A stretch of 64,000 bases of DNA from an uncultured Gammaproteobacteria bacterium. GTDB taxonomy: Bacteria > Pseudomonadota > Gammaproteobacteria > GCA-001735895. How positions within the stretch are numbered: position 1 is the first letter of the stretch; every line of letters begins with the position of its first letter. A program made the translations under genes and the position numbers. The stretch spans positions 158 to 64,157 of the forward strand of contig CAZAVY010000004.1 in NCBI GenBank assembly GCA_964488685.1, read 5' to 3'. The notes under the pieces are model-generated. The model was not told the origin of the DNA. It saw nothing but the letters and a program-made list of their open reading frames with translations, and searched no databases. Positions 28,079 to 36,611 of the stretch are shown piece after piece.

Positions 28079-28655
28079 TGTCAGCAAAATAGCTCAACTT
28101 CCCAATGCGGTTTCTGAAACACGCCAGAAAATTGTAGCAAGTCAACCACGCGTGATAGTTTACCTGCTGTTAATGTCGGTCATTAATTTTCTTATCGGCA
28201 CCATTCAAGGTGTTCTGCAAACCTTTCCCGGGATAGCCCAGTGGATACGGGAAGCCGGACCGGCGGGGCACTTGATCGACCCGCTGGCACACGCGCACAT
28301 TAATCTCGTCGGTGGCGTGACTATGGGTATGATGGGGTTGTTTTATTTCGTATTACCTCAGCTGGTTCAACGGCCAATGTATAGCCCGCTTTTAGCAAGC
28401 GTCTCATTCTGGTTTTCCGCCATTGGTGTGATCAGTTTTTTCAGTTCGCTGGTTATACTAGGCATCATCGAAGGCCGTTTAGTTCATGGTGGGATGACCT
28501 ACGCTCAGGCGCTTGAAACTGTCGGTCCGATACATCATATCCTGATAGTGACTGCGGCCTTCATTATGGGATTCGGATACTGGGCATTTATCAGCAATAT
28601 ATTGCTGACTATTTTCAAGAAACGAACGGGAGAAGAACATGCATCGCCTGCTTAA
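28071..28655 (+). CDS. stand-alone homolog of the C-terminal five TM helices of CcoN (heme-copper oxidase subunit I)
   Basis: Aligns by eye to aa 310-465 of the 471-aa CcoN-like protein: IQGVLQTFPGIAQWI/IQGAFQQTRALNWYI, LAHAHINLVGG/VAHAHLALLGF, FYFVLPQLVQRPMYS/IYYGLPKLLKRELYS. ATG 28071 overlaps the upstream stop. Confidence 0.7.
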   Translation: MTSVSKIAQLPNAVSETRQKIVASQPRVIVYLLLMSVINFLIGTIQGVLQTFPGIAQWIREAGPAGHLIDPLAHAHINLVGGVTMGMMGLFYFVLPQLVQRPMYSPLLASVSFWFSAIGVISFFSSLVILGIIEGRLVHGGMTYAQALETVGPIHHILIVTAAFIMGFGYWAFISNILLTIFKKRTGEEHASPA

Positions 28656-28857
28656 TTTTCTTTACAGCGGTTTTATGGTTGGAATCGGGCTTGGAACCGT
28701 ATTTCAGTTGGCATTGTTACCGCTTTTTGGCATGCGTAGCCATGACGAGTGGACTGGATTGCTGGTTTGGGGTTTTGCAATCAGCATCGGCACCGGTGTT
28801 GTCTCGGCGATAAGTTTCTGGGTGATGAATACAATTATGGTTCGCCAGGGTAAGTAG
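28639..28857 (+). CDS. small two-TM membrane protein
   Basis: 72 aa with two hydrophobic helices. Overlaps the upstream gene by 17 nt and is co-directional with the oxidase cluster. Confidence 0.45.
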   Translation: MHRLLNFLYSGFMVGIGLGTVFQLALLPLFGMRSHDEWTGLLVWGFAISIGTGVVSAISFWVMNTIMVRQGK

Positions 28858-28897
28858 GCCCAGTCTGACCTAAGCAAAAAACGGGTAATATAATATA

Positions 28898-30313
28898 GTG
28901 AAATTCTTTAAGCAAAATGACTATTCCGAAGGAACAGCAGCCAAGCATTTCTTCTTTTCGTCTATTGTCATGCTGAATATAGGAGTGTTCCTGGCACTGG
29001 GAACCTCGTTGCGTCTAGCCTGGCCGGATATCATGCCCAACGATATCCCCTGGCTGCACTTCGGTCGAATTCGGCCGGTACATGTACATTTTGTAATATT
29101 CGGCTGGATTTCGATGGCCTTTGCCGGGGCCATGTGTTACATGACCCCGGCCTTGTGCAAATCAAAGCTATGGAGCGAAAAATTAGGCGTCTGGAATTGC
29201 TGGGCCTGGAATCTGGGAATGGTGGCCATTTTTTTCACGCTGATAAATGGATTGACTACCGGACGTGAATATCAGGATTTGATTTGGCCCGTCGATGTCT
29301 ATGTTCTAATGTTTATTTTTATCCCGTTGGCGGTCAACATCTGGATGACGATGTTAACCCGCCGGGTAAAAGGATTGTATGTCACTCTGTGGTTTTTCGG
29401 TGCTGCACTACTGTTTATAATTCTGAGTTACTTCATTGGTGCAATACCCGATTTTTTCCCGGTTACCGGGTTGAGTGAAGCCTATATGACCTGGTGGCAT
29501 GCGCACAATATTCTGGGACTCTGGATCACACCTGTGTCTGCGGCTATTGCCTATTACATCATTCCAAAAGTGTCGGGTAATACGCTTTATAGCCACAAGA
29601 TTGGACATTTACATTTTTGGTCGATCGCGGCTTTCTACTCCACTCCCGGCGCTCATCACCTGATGGGTGCTCCTATTCCCGAATGGCTGAAATCATTTGC
29701 ATCTGTTTCGGGCGTGCTGATTATGATTCCGGCACTGGCTTTTGTGGTCAACATGCTAATGACGATGAAGGACAAGTGGTGGATGTATACCAAGAGTATA
29801 CCGCTACAGTGGGCGCTAACCGGGGTCTTGTTTGCCATTCCACTCAATATTCAGGGTGCTTTCCAGCAGACTAGAGCCCTCAACTGGTATATTCATGGAA
29901 CACACTGGATAGTGGCGCACGCCCATTTGGCCTTGTTGGGATTCTCTACATTTATAGAAATCGGGGCTATTTATTATGGATTGCCAAAATTGCTGAAACG
30001 CGAACTCTACAGCATCAAACTGGCGCAAATCCACTTCTGGATGATGGCAATCGGGTTCCTTGGATTTTGGGCGGTATTAACGGCGGCCGGCCTGGTTCAG
30101 GGTGCGGCAAAGGTATACGAAATTCCTTACCTACAATCGGTTATCGCCATGCATCCATACATGGTTGGACGTGTCCTTTTTGGTTCGATGATCATCGTTG
30201 CCCAGCCAATATTTCTTTACAATATGATAATGACCGCTAAATACGGCAAAAAGTTAACGCCTGATACACCCAGCGATCAAGAGCCCGTTATGGCGGCCTC
30301 GGCAACAACCTGA
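28898..30313 (+). CDS. ccoN: C-family heme-copper oxidase subunit I (CcoN-like)
   Basis: FGRIRPVHVHFVIFGW (heme b His), TWWHAHNILG (CuB His), FYSTPGAHH (Tyr-x5-HH, the C-type cross-link spacing), HWIVAHAHLALLGF (heme b3 and heme b His). GTG start. Confidence 0.9.
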   Translation: MKFFKQNDYSEGTAAKHFFFSSIVMLNIGVFLALGTSLRLAWPDIMPNDIPWLHFGRIRPVHVHFVIFGWISMAFAGAMCYMTPALCKSKLWSEKLGVWNCWAWNLGMVAIFFTLINGLTTGREYQDLIWPVDVYVLMFIFIPLAVNIWMTMLTRRVKGLYVTLWFFGAALLFIILSYFIGAIPDFFPVTGLSEAYMTWWHAHNILGLWITPVSAAIAYYIIPKVSGNTLYSHKIGHLHFWSIAAFYSTPGAHHLMGAPIPEWLKSFASVSGVLIMIPALAFVVNMLMTMKDKWWMYTKSIPLQWALTGVLFAIPLNIQGAFQQTRALNWYIHGTHWIVAHAHLALLGFSTFIEIGAIYYGLPKLLKRELYSIKLAQIHFWMMAIGFLGFWAVLTAAGLVQGAAKVYEIPYLQSVIAMHPYMVGRVLFGSMIIVAQPIFLYNMIMTAKYGKKLTPDTPSDQEPVMAASATT

Positions 30314-30339
30314 TTTATTAACACACGGGGATAGCAGCA

Positions 30340-30861
30340 ATGCCGAAATATGTAATTGGAACCATTCTCGTCGTATTGACAATTTTCACCTCGATAGCGA
30401 TTACTATTGTGGCGGGATCCACCTATATGGCCCAAATTCCGCCGACCGAACTTGCCAAGGAAAAAGAGAAGATCTGGGGGCATACGGGATGGTCTATCAA
30501 GGACCCCTGGATGACAGGTGATCTCGCACCGACGTTGGCGGGGAAAGGTAAAACAATATTTATCCGTGAAGGTTGTTGGTGGTGTCACACCTTGCTTCCC
30601 GAACAGACTCAGGATTGGGCATATTTCGGCGAACCGCCATTAGCGGGCGATGTACAGCTCGAATCACCAAGCCTGTTCGGGTCGGATCGTAAGGCGCCGG
30701 ATTTGCTACACATTGCGAGCCGTAATCGAGTCAAGGCATGGCATTACGTGCATCATCGTAACCCACGTGCGGTAACGCCTGGATCGATCATGCCGGCCTT
30801 TGTGTATTTAAGCGATGAAGACCTCGATGCTATCGTTGCATTTCTGGAAAGTCTTGAATAA
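30340..30861 (+). CDS. ccoO: monoheme cytochrome c subunit (CcoO-like)
   Basis: N-terminal TM anchor, EGCWWCHT heme motif, GSDRKAPDL and PGSIMPAF segments as in FixO/CcoO. Confidence 0.85.
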   Translation: MPKYVIGTILVVLTIFTSIAITIVAGSTYMAQIPPTELAKEKEKIWGHTGWSIKDPWMTGDLAPTLAGKGKTIFIREGCWWCHTLLPEQTQDWAYFGEPPLAGDVQLESPSLFGSDRKAPDLLHIASRNRVKAWHYVHHRNPRAVTPGSIMPAFVYLSDEDLDAIVAFLESLE

Positions 30862-30897
30862 AATTTTGATTGCGCGTTACCGGGAGTACTATCCAAT

Positions 30898-31299
30898 ATG
30901 AATGATGACAACAATATGGACGAACTTGAAGACAAAGGCACTTGTTTCGGGCGGTATTCAGAAGACGACTACGACGGAATAATCGAGGGGAATGGAAAGA
31001 TTCCATGGTGGTTGATACTAATTGTGGCGGTGACGGTATTTGAGGCTTTTTTATTTACCATGCCATGGCCGGGTTTCGGGCAGCGTTATGACAGCGTAAC
31101 CACAACATTCGTCAGTGCAAACGGAAAACAGCCGTGGTGGGACTACGGTTATTATATTATATCGGGGCAAATTATTGTTGTCCTGTCAGGAATAGCTGCG
31201 GTGGTCTGGACTATCAACGTGCAAGAATGGAAAAAAAAGGAGCTGGCCGAAAAGCAGGGTACAGGCGGAGATACTACCAAATCTAGTGATGCTGAATAG
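30898..31299 (+). CDS. CcoP/FixP N-terminal-anchor-like membrane protein without heme domain
   Basis: DYDGIIEGNGKIPWWLILIVAVTVFEAFLF resembles the FixP_N signature (DGI-x-E-x-N-x-x-P-x-WW plus TM). No CxxCH in its 133 aa. Confidence 0.6.
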   Translation: MNDDNNMDELEDKGTCFGRYSEDDYDGIIEGNGKIPWWLILIVAVTVFEAFLFTMPWPGFGQRYDSVTTTFVSANGKQPWWDYGYYIISGQIIVVLSGIAAVVWTINVQEWKKKELAEKQGTGGDTTKSSDAE

Positions 31300-31304
31300 T
31301 TTAG

Positions 31305-31511
31305 GTGGAATTTACCGACAAGATTTCGGTACTAATATTTGCGTTAGTCCTGATGTCAGCGGTAATTTACGTAATAATGTCCGGTTACGTAATTGGTCCG
31401 CTAAAGAATTTAAAATCAGTTGAGCGGGTAATACTGATTGTCAGCGTGATAGGAATAGTGATGGTGGTGGTATATGCCGCTGCAGAGCTCTTGTTTTTCG
31501 TTGTATTTTAG
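31305..31511 (+). CDS. small two-TM membrane protein
   Basis: 68 aa, two hydrophobic helices, GTG start 6 nt after the previous stop. Confidence 0.4.
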   Translation: MEFTDKISVLIFALVLMSAVIYVIMSGYVIGPLKNLKSVERVILIVSVIGIVMVVVYAAAELLFFVVF

Positions 31512-31548
31512 TTGATTCTGTCGACAATCGATGATTTGGGTGCGCTGA

Positions 31549-31977
31549 TTGAAACTCGGTGAAAAGCTTATGTTCGGTTTCTCTATATTGTTGGTCGTAG
31601 TGGCGGTCGGTAGAGGTGTAAAACAAATGAACGAGGAACCCCGAAAGGCAAGAGACTTCTATGAATGGACCGAACTTGCTTTAAAGGGGCACACGCTATA
31701 TCGCAGCATGGGTTGCAATAGCTGTCATCGAGCGATGGGGGTAGGCGAAGTTGGTGTCGGCCCGGTATTGGATGGTGAAGGAACAAAAAGATCAAAGCGT
31801 TGGATTAACGACTATCTGCTCGATCCCTCAAGTCAGGTGCCAGGCACTGCACATGATGGCAGTCTGGGACCGGATTTTCGAACGTTGGCGCAGGATCAGC
31901 GGCAGTTGCTGGGCGCTTTTTTATCGGCCTTAAAATCTAACCCCGGATCGCCTAATTATCCACGCCCGCCTTCATAA
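31549..31977 (+). CDS. membrane-anchored monoheme c-type cytochrome
   Basis: TM anchor MFGFSILLVVVAVG; single GCNSCH motif. TTG 31549 or ATG 31570 start. Confidence 0.75.
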   Translation: MKLGEKLMFGFSILLVVVAVGRGVKQMNEEPRKARDFYEWTELALKGHTLYRSMGCNSCHRAMGVGEVGVGPVLDGEGTKRSKRWINDYLLDPSSQVPGTAHDGSLGPDFRTLAQDQRQLLGAFLSALKSNPGSPNYPRPPS

Positions 31978-32010
31978 AATCGGGATACAATTTTTAACTT
32001 TAGGAGCAAT

Positions 32011-32175
32011 ATGATGTCAGGCGATGTGCTCATTCCCTATATTTGGGCTGCCACTGGTTTGGTGAGTTTGATAGCGATAGTGCTGATGATTTTCTGGGCC
32101 AGTAAACATGGTCAGTTCGATGAAGATATCAAGGATCAAATGTTTACCGCTGGAGACGATGACCGATTTGAGTGA
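32011..32175 (+). CDS. ccoS: cbb3-type oxidase maturation protein CcoS/FixS (54 aa, below the ORF-track cutoff)
   Basis: Hand translation: MMSGDVLIPYIWAATGLVSLIAIVLMIFWASKHGQFDEDIKDQMFTAGDDDRFE. It has the CcoS pattern: one TM segment, W-A-x-K-x-GQFDD/E, and a C-terminal DDD. Confidence 0.7.
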   Translation: MMSGDVLIPYIWAATGLVSLIAIVLMIFWASKHGQFDEDIKDQMFTAGDDDRFE

Positions 32176-32620
32176 CGACCCTGATTCCAAGTCATCGATT
32201 CGTGTTGGAGAATGGATTGTAATAATTGGTTCTGTACTGGTGGTGACATTGGCCGTGGTTATGGGCACAATTATCTATCAAAAACCGCCACCCGTGGTTC
32301 GTACTTATATTGAGTCAGCAGCAAGTATTGAAGGTGAATTAATTTTTCGAAGAGAAAACTGTTTTTCGTGCCACGAAGTATTCAGTAATGGAGCCAGTTA
32401 CGGTCCGAGCCTGGATGGCGTGGGAAGCAAACGTACCGGTGACTGGCTGCAAGCCTATATGCGAAATCCAAGACCGGGTGTTAGTGTTAAACCGTATCGA
32501 TTACGAATGCCATCTTACCAATATCTGGGAGAGGAAAAGATTGATGTATTGGTCAGTTATCTGCAGGGACTACGAACCCTGGACGAAAACGGTAATCTGG
32601 TCAGCCCTGCAGAAGAATAA
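32159..32620 (+). CDS. membrane-anchored monoheme c-type cytochrome
   Basis: Internal ATG 32159 of ORF 32108..32620 overlaps the end of ccoS. TM anchor WIVIIGSVLVVTLAVVMGTII; single NCFSCH motif; RMPSY Met-ligand region. Confidence 0.75.
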   Translation: MTDLSDDPDSKSSIRVGEWIVIIGSVLVVTLAVVMGTIIYQKPPPVVRTYIESAASIEGELIFRRENCFSCHEVFSNGASYGPSLDGVGSKRTGDWLQAYMRNPRPGVSVKPYRLRMPSYQYLGEEKIDVLVSYLQGLRTLDENGNLVSPAEE

Positions 32621-32655
32621 ATAGCCTGTGATTCTTAATGCTGTTACTGTGACAT

Positions 32656-32802
32656 TTACCCCTTTTTAATATAGGATTCGTACTCTTGATCTTTGAACAA
32701 ACCCGTACCAATGCAAGCCCAAGGAACGATAGCCAGTGCGACGCAGGCACCCAGTCCAAATATACCTAATGCAATCTTAACGCCAAGTGAGAGTTCTTCC
32801 AC
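32656..32802 (-). CDS. possible 48-aa one/two-TM peptide
   Basis: Hand translation of the minus strand from GTG 32802: VEELSLGVKIALGIFGLGACVALAIVPWACIGTGLFKDQEYESYIKKG. It fills an otherwise empty 226-bp gap. Weak support. Confidence 0.25.
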   Translation of the reverse strand: MEELSLGVKIALGIFGLGACVALAIVPWACIGTGLFKDQEYESYIKKG

Positions 32803-32846
32803 CGTATTTCCCCAGTTGTTTAATTACGAATTATGAGGTGTAAAAA

Positions 32847-33386
32847 ATGAGTTTAACGGTTTCCAAGTTTATGTCAATACAACGGCTAAAGGCTCCAGTA
32901 ATCTTATTATTCGCTACTTTTTTATTAGTTTCATGTAGCGATACAACTGGCAGTTTTAAGCCCAAACTCGGCGTCGGTGATGTCGCGCCAAAAAGCAATA
33001 ACCGTGTCGTGGCGGATGCGGACCAATGGTATCAGGTATCCACCATGGACAGTAAAGTGCCATTGTATCGTTGGAGAATTGCCGATTTGATTGAACAAAA
33101 TAAACCATTTTTGGTAGTTTTCGGTACGCCGCAACACTGTACCATGTGCGTCGATCAAATTGTGCGAGTGGCGGTAATGGAAGAACAATACGGCGAGCAG
33201 TTCGCCTTTGTCCATATCGACGGTTACAAGGACAATGAGGTCTGGGTAGAATGGGGCGTCAAGGGCGAGCCCTGGACTTTTATCGTCAATGCCAGGGGAA
33301 TAATACAAAACGTTTTCCCGGGTCAAACCGAGTTGGCTCTACTGAAAAACGAAATGCAACAGCTAGTTGAATTGTCGGATTCATAA
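32847..33386 (+). CDS. thioredoxin-fold lipoprotein (TlpA/redoxin-like)
   Basis: Lipobox LLVSC; FLVVFGTPQHCTMCVDQIVRV with a CxxC. Confidence 0.6.
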   Translation: MSLTVSKFMSIQRLKAPVILLFATFLLVSCSDTTGSFKPKLGVGDVAPKSNNRVVADADQWYQVSTMDSKVPLYRWRIADLIEQNKPFLVVFGTPQHCTMCVDQIVRVAVMEEQYGEQFAFVHIDGYKDNEVWVEWGVKGEPWTFIVNARGIIQNVFPGQTELALLKNEMQQLVELSDS

Positions 33387-33613
33387 TGTCTCGCTGCGTC
33401 ATCAAATTCCTGTTTCCGTGCCTGGTCATGATGATTAGCACTGTTGTGTGGGCCGGAGGCAATCCCTACACTTATGTAAAGATGTCTCTGCTGGTTCCCT
33501 GGACCTTATATTTCGTATTTCTTGCAGCCATACTAATTCCATTTGTCATCCTGATTGTGCTCTCCTGGCAGCGTCAGCCGGGTGATGATAATTCGAGTGA
33601 TAAGAACCACTAG
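33386..33613 (+). CDS. small membrane protein
   Basis: 75 aa, two hydrophobic segments, TAATG overlap with the upstream gene. Confidence 0.4.
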   Translation: MSRCVIKFLFPCLVMMISTVVWAGGNPYTYVKMSLLVPWTLYFVFLAAILIPFVILIVLSWQRQPGDDNSSDKNH

Positions 33614-33615
33614 CA

Positions 33616-33759
33616 ATGGATCGTTTTTTACGCATTGGTTTGCCGATTGTACTGATCCTGGTTTTGGGGGTGGTCGCTGTTTTTGTTTATAATGCCCTCG
33701 AGGCGACCGATTTGATGGAAACGGAACGGCGCGCCGGACCGACATTGTTAAGTCATTAA
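33616..33759 (+). CDS. possible 47-aa single-TM peptide
   Basis: Hand translation: MDRFLRIGLPIVLILVLGVVAVFVYNALEATDLMETERRAGPTLLSH. Starts 2 nt after the previous stop. Confidence 0.3.
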   Translation: MDRFLRIGLPIVLILVLGVVAVFVYNALEATDLMETERRAGPTLLSH

Positions 33760-34230
33760 TGCATCCCGAGATGTCTCATTGAAGGAGTACTGAGGACGGA
33801 AGTTAGTTTAATGCCTGCCGGGGTTACAACGAAAAGGTTGCGGCTGCGTCCAGTTGAATTCTATGGCCCTTTTCACCTTCCCCAGCCCGCCAAATGTGGA
33901 TCGAATAACGGCCCGGGGGAAGATTGTCGAAGTGTACCGTACCCGGTTCCCACAATAATTCATAGTGATGATTGGCCGGAGAATATATCTATGCCTGCAT
34001 CGATGGATGGAGTTCGCAGCGCACGCTGAAAATACCGCTGCGATTTAATTTATTGCGAATTGATTTACCCGAATCAGGTGCTGTAATCGTTGATATAGGA
34101 GTTCGATAAGCATGGTATACAAACTTCATTGTAAGCCTTACCCGTCGCGCCTGTCACCCGGTAAAGTGACCTATCAATTATGGCTGACGTAAATCGAGTA
34201 GAATTGATTTTTTAAGCAAGAGATTCTGGT

Positions 34231-35442
34231 GTGATACTGCGACAGCAACTGGTCGGCATAATTTTATCGGTATGCATTTCAAGCGCAGTTTATCTACCCG
34301 TTGCTTTTGCTAGTGCGAAACCAGGGCCTTTAATGCTCGTTGGTGCCGTATTACGGCACAATCAATCAGATATATGGAAGCGCATATATCAGTTAGCGGG
34401 TGGTAATCTCGCTGATTTCGTTGTAGTCGCGAGCGCTAGTCCCCGGCCCAGGTTGTATGGTGGGTTTGCAGTTCGAGGTTTACAGCGTTACGGAGGTTTT
34501 GTCGATCTGTTGCCATTGGCGACACAGCTGGACCAATTTGATATCGATTATCGAGAGGCCGTCGTTGACGCAGAAATCATCGATAAAACCCGTCGATCAA
34601 ATGCGGTGTTTTTTGTCGGCGGTGCCCCGCAGCGCCTTGCAAGCGTACTTTTTAATGCGGATGGCTCCAACACCCCTCTGGCATCGGCAATTCAGGAGAT
34701 GCATGCCAGGGGTGGAGTGATCATCGGTGGCATTCCGGCTATGGCAGGTGTTGCCACCAACACCAACCCGATGACAGCACTGGAGCAGGGACGTATCGCA
34801 GAAAAGGATTTATTTCCCGGCCTTAATTTGCTGGCAAATGACTGGTATCTGGATCAACATTTTTTTAGCGGAGGGCGTTTCGCACAAAGTATAATTGCAA
34901 TGCGCCAGCTTAATAAAACTTTCGGTCTCGGAATAGGAGTAAACACGGCCGCTGCTATCGATGCGGAACAACTCGAAGTTATCGGCGAACAAGGGGTCGT
35001 GCTAATTGATCTGTCCCTCGCAACATCGGCCACCGGCATCAATGGATTTACCCTCAAAGGTGCTCGCTTAAGTTATCTTGACCATGGTGATAGACTTGAT
35101 ATGGTTTCAAGGCAGATTACTCCCCACACTTACAAACTGGAAGAGTTCGTAATCGAACCGGGCGCTAATGGCTTTCGCCAGCCGGACGAAGAACAATACA
35201 CTGTCGGAAATATGTTCTCCCCTGGCAGCTTGTTAGACTTAATGATTACTTCGATAGAAGGAAAGCATAAACAGGTTGCAGGTTTGGCGATGAAAGAAAG
35301 CAGGGGCAATCAGGAAAGTGGCGGCTATTTGTTTAAATTTTATACCGGGCCGGACAGCATTGGATGGTTGACCACGCTATTTGGAGGTCAGCGTTGGACA
35401 ATTCTGAACATATACCTCGACATCGTCCCGCTTGAAAAATAA
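34231..35442 (+). CDS. secreted cyanophycinase-like (peptidase S51 / class I GATase-like) protein, catalytic Ser apparently missing
   Basis: Signal peptide. VFFVGGAPQRLASVLF and GGVIIGGIPAMAGV parallel the S51 motifs GGNQxRL and G-T-S-A-G-A, but with Pro at the Ser position. GTG start. Confidence 0.45.
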   Translation: MILRQQLVGIILSVCISSAVYLPVAFASAKPGPLMLVGAVLRHNQSDIWKRIYQLAGGNLADFVVVASASPRPRLYGGFAVRGLQRYGGFVDLLPLATQLDQFDIDYREAVVDAEIIDKTRRSNAVFFVGGAPQRLASVLFNADGSNTPLASAIQEMHARGGVIIGGIPAMAGVATNTNPMTALEQGRIAEKDLFPGLNLLANDWYLDQHFFSGGRFAQSIIAMRQLNKTFGLGIGVNTAAAIDAEQLEVIGEQGVVLIDLSLATSATGINGFTLKGARLSYLDHGDRLDMVSRQITPHTYKLEEFVIEPGANGFRQPDEEQYTVGNMFSPGSLLDLMITSIEGKHKQVAGLAMKESRGNQESGGYLFKFYTGPDSIGWLTTLFGGQRWTILNIYLDIVPLEK

Positions 35443-35651
35443 GGCTGGATCCTTGGCGAAAAATGACCCGAGCCTTCGTATATTACAGGTAGACAAGGAT
35501 TGCCACTACGGCCTATATTGCAACAGGAAAGCTGGAATCGAGCTCTATTTCATTTTCATCGGGATAACCAAAGCGATGAAGATTGATGTTTACCATGCTG
35601 AACCAGCATAAAACAAATTTAACCCCCGGGTTGACCAAATAGTATCCAGAT

Positions 35652-36134
35652 ATGCAAGCACCAGAACTGAAAGCCTCCCACTGGATTGATTTGAATGGCG
35701 AACCTTGCTCATTCAGCCTGGCGGAGAATCGAGGCAAATGGGTTATTATCTATTGCTTCCAGCACTGGTGCGAGGGCTGCCATATTTACGGGTTTCCTGC
35801 CCTGCAATCCCTGGTGGCTGCTTTTGCTGACAATCCTATGGTCGAAGTACTTTGTATCCAGACCGTTTTTGAGGGCTTCGAGGAAAACACGCTGGATAAA
35901 ATTCGGCAAACGCAGTTACGTTATAGGCTGCCTATTACCATGGGGCATGACGCAGGCGATCCAGACACCGATCCCAAGCCGGCGACGATGCGAAATTTCG
36001 GCACTGGCGGTACCCCGTGGACAATTTTGATTCAACCCGACGGTGATGTGGTCTTCAGTGACTTTCATATCAATGCCGACAACCTGATTGAATTTCTTAA
36101 CCAGGATACTGTATCGTTAAAAACGCGGAGTTGA
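35652..36134 (+). CDS. thioredoxin-fold protein (TlpA/AhpC-TSA-like)
   Basis: NRGKWVIIYCFQHWCEGCHIYGFPALQSLV with a WCxxC motif; ...GGTPWTILIQPDG. Confidence 0.7.
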   Translation: MQAPELKASHWIDLNGEPCSFSLAENRGKWVIIYCFQHWCEGCHIYGFPALQSLVAAFADNPMVEVLCIQTVFEGFEENTLDKIRQTQLRYRLPITMGHDAGDPDTDPKPATMRNFGTGGTPWTILIQPDGDVVFSDFHINADNLIEFLNQDTVSLKTRS

Positions 36135-36611
36135 TTTTGTCATAGCAGCCAGGATCTCCAGCATTGGTTTGTCTTTTGTTCTCGCAGTTTTGGTCTTTAC
36201 GTCAATCAAGGTATTTAAATTGAGTATCTTGATGTCGGTTTTATCATTAATGGAAATAGTTTCAATATTAGATTTGAGCACCTCGTAGTCGTCACCGACG
36301 CCAATCGAGCCGAGCACGTCGAGAGGACCATATCGGGTGAGAAGCAAATGGTGACCCGTGCTATCAAGGTTTGCGATTGTTGGTTTAAGATGTTCAGGCA
36401 GATGTTCGCGATAGTGAGCATTTAGTGAATCCAGTGCATTCACCAGGCAGCCGAGATTTTTGTTACTGCGCGAATGCACGATATCGAGATCAAAGGTTGC
36501 TACCGGGGCGCCAAGAAGTACTGCGCAAACTCCGCCGACAACAATAAAATCAACGTCATGCTGTGCAAGAATATCTAAAATTAGCGCAAAATCAGGCGCC
36601 TCTTCTTGCAT
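36117..36611 (-). CDS. nucleotidyltransferase-fold protein (AbiEii/DUF2204-like)
   Basis: DFIVVGGVCAVLLGAPVATFDLDIVH resembles the hh-GG-x-A-x-x-x-G-x-x-R-x-T-x-DLD motif of minimal NTases. Confidence 0.5.
   Translation of the reverse strand: MQEEAPDFALILDILAQHDVDFIVVGGVCAVLLGAPVATFDLDIVHSRSNKNLGCLVNALDSLNAHYREHLPEHLKPTIANLDSTGHHLLLTRYGPLDVLGSIGVGDDYEVLKSNIETISINDKTDIKILNLNTLIDVKTKTARTKDKPMLEILAAMTKSTPRF

Noticed and set aside
28898-30313. Nitric oxide reductase (NorB-type) assignment for the oxidase subunit I
   Set aside because: The WWHAHN and Tyr-x5-HH pattern and the adjacent CcoO-like subunit match the C-family oxygen reductases. This does not exclude NO turnover experimentally.
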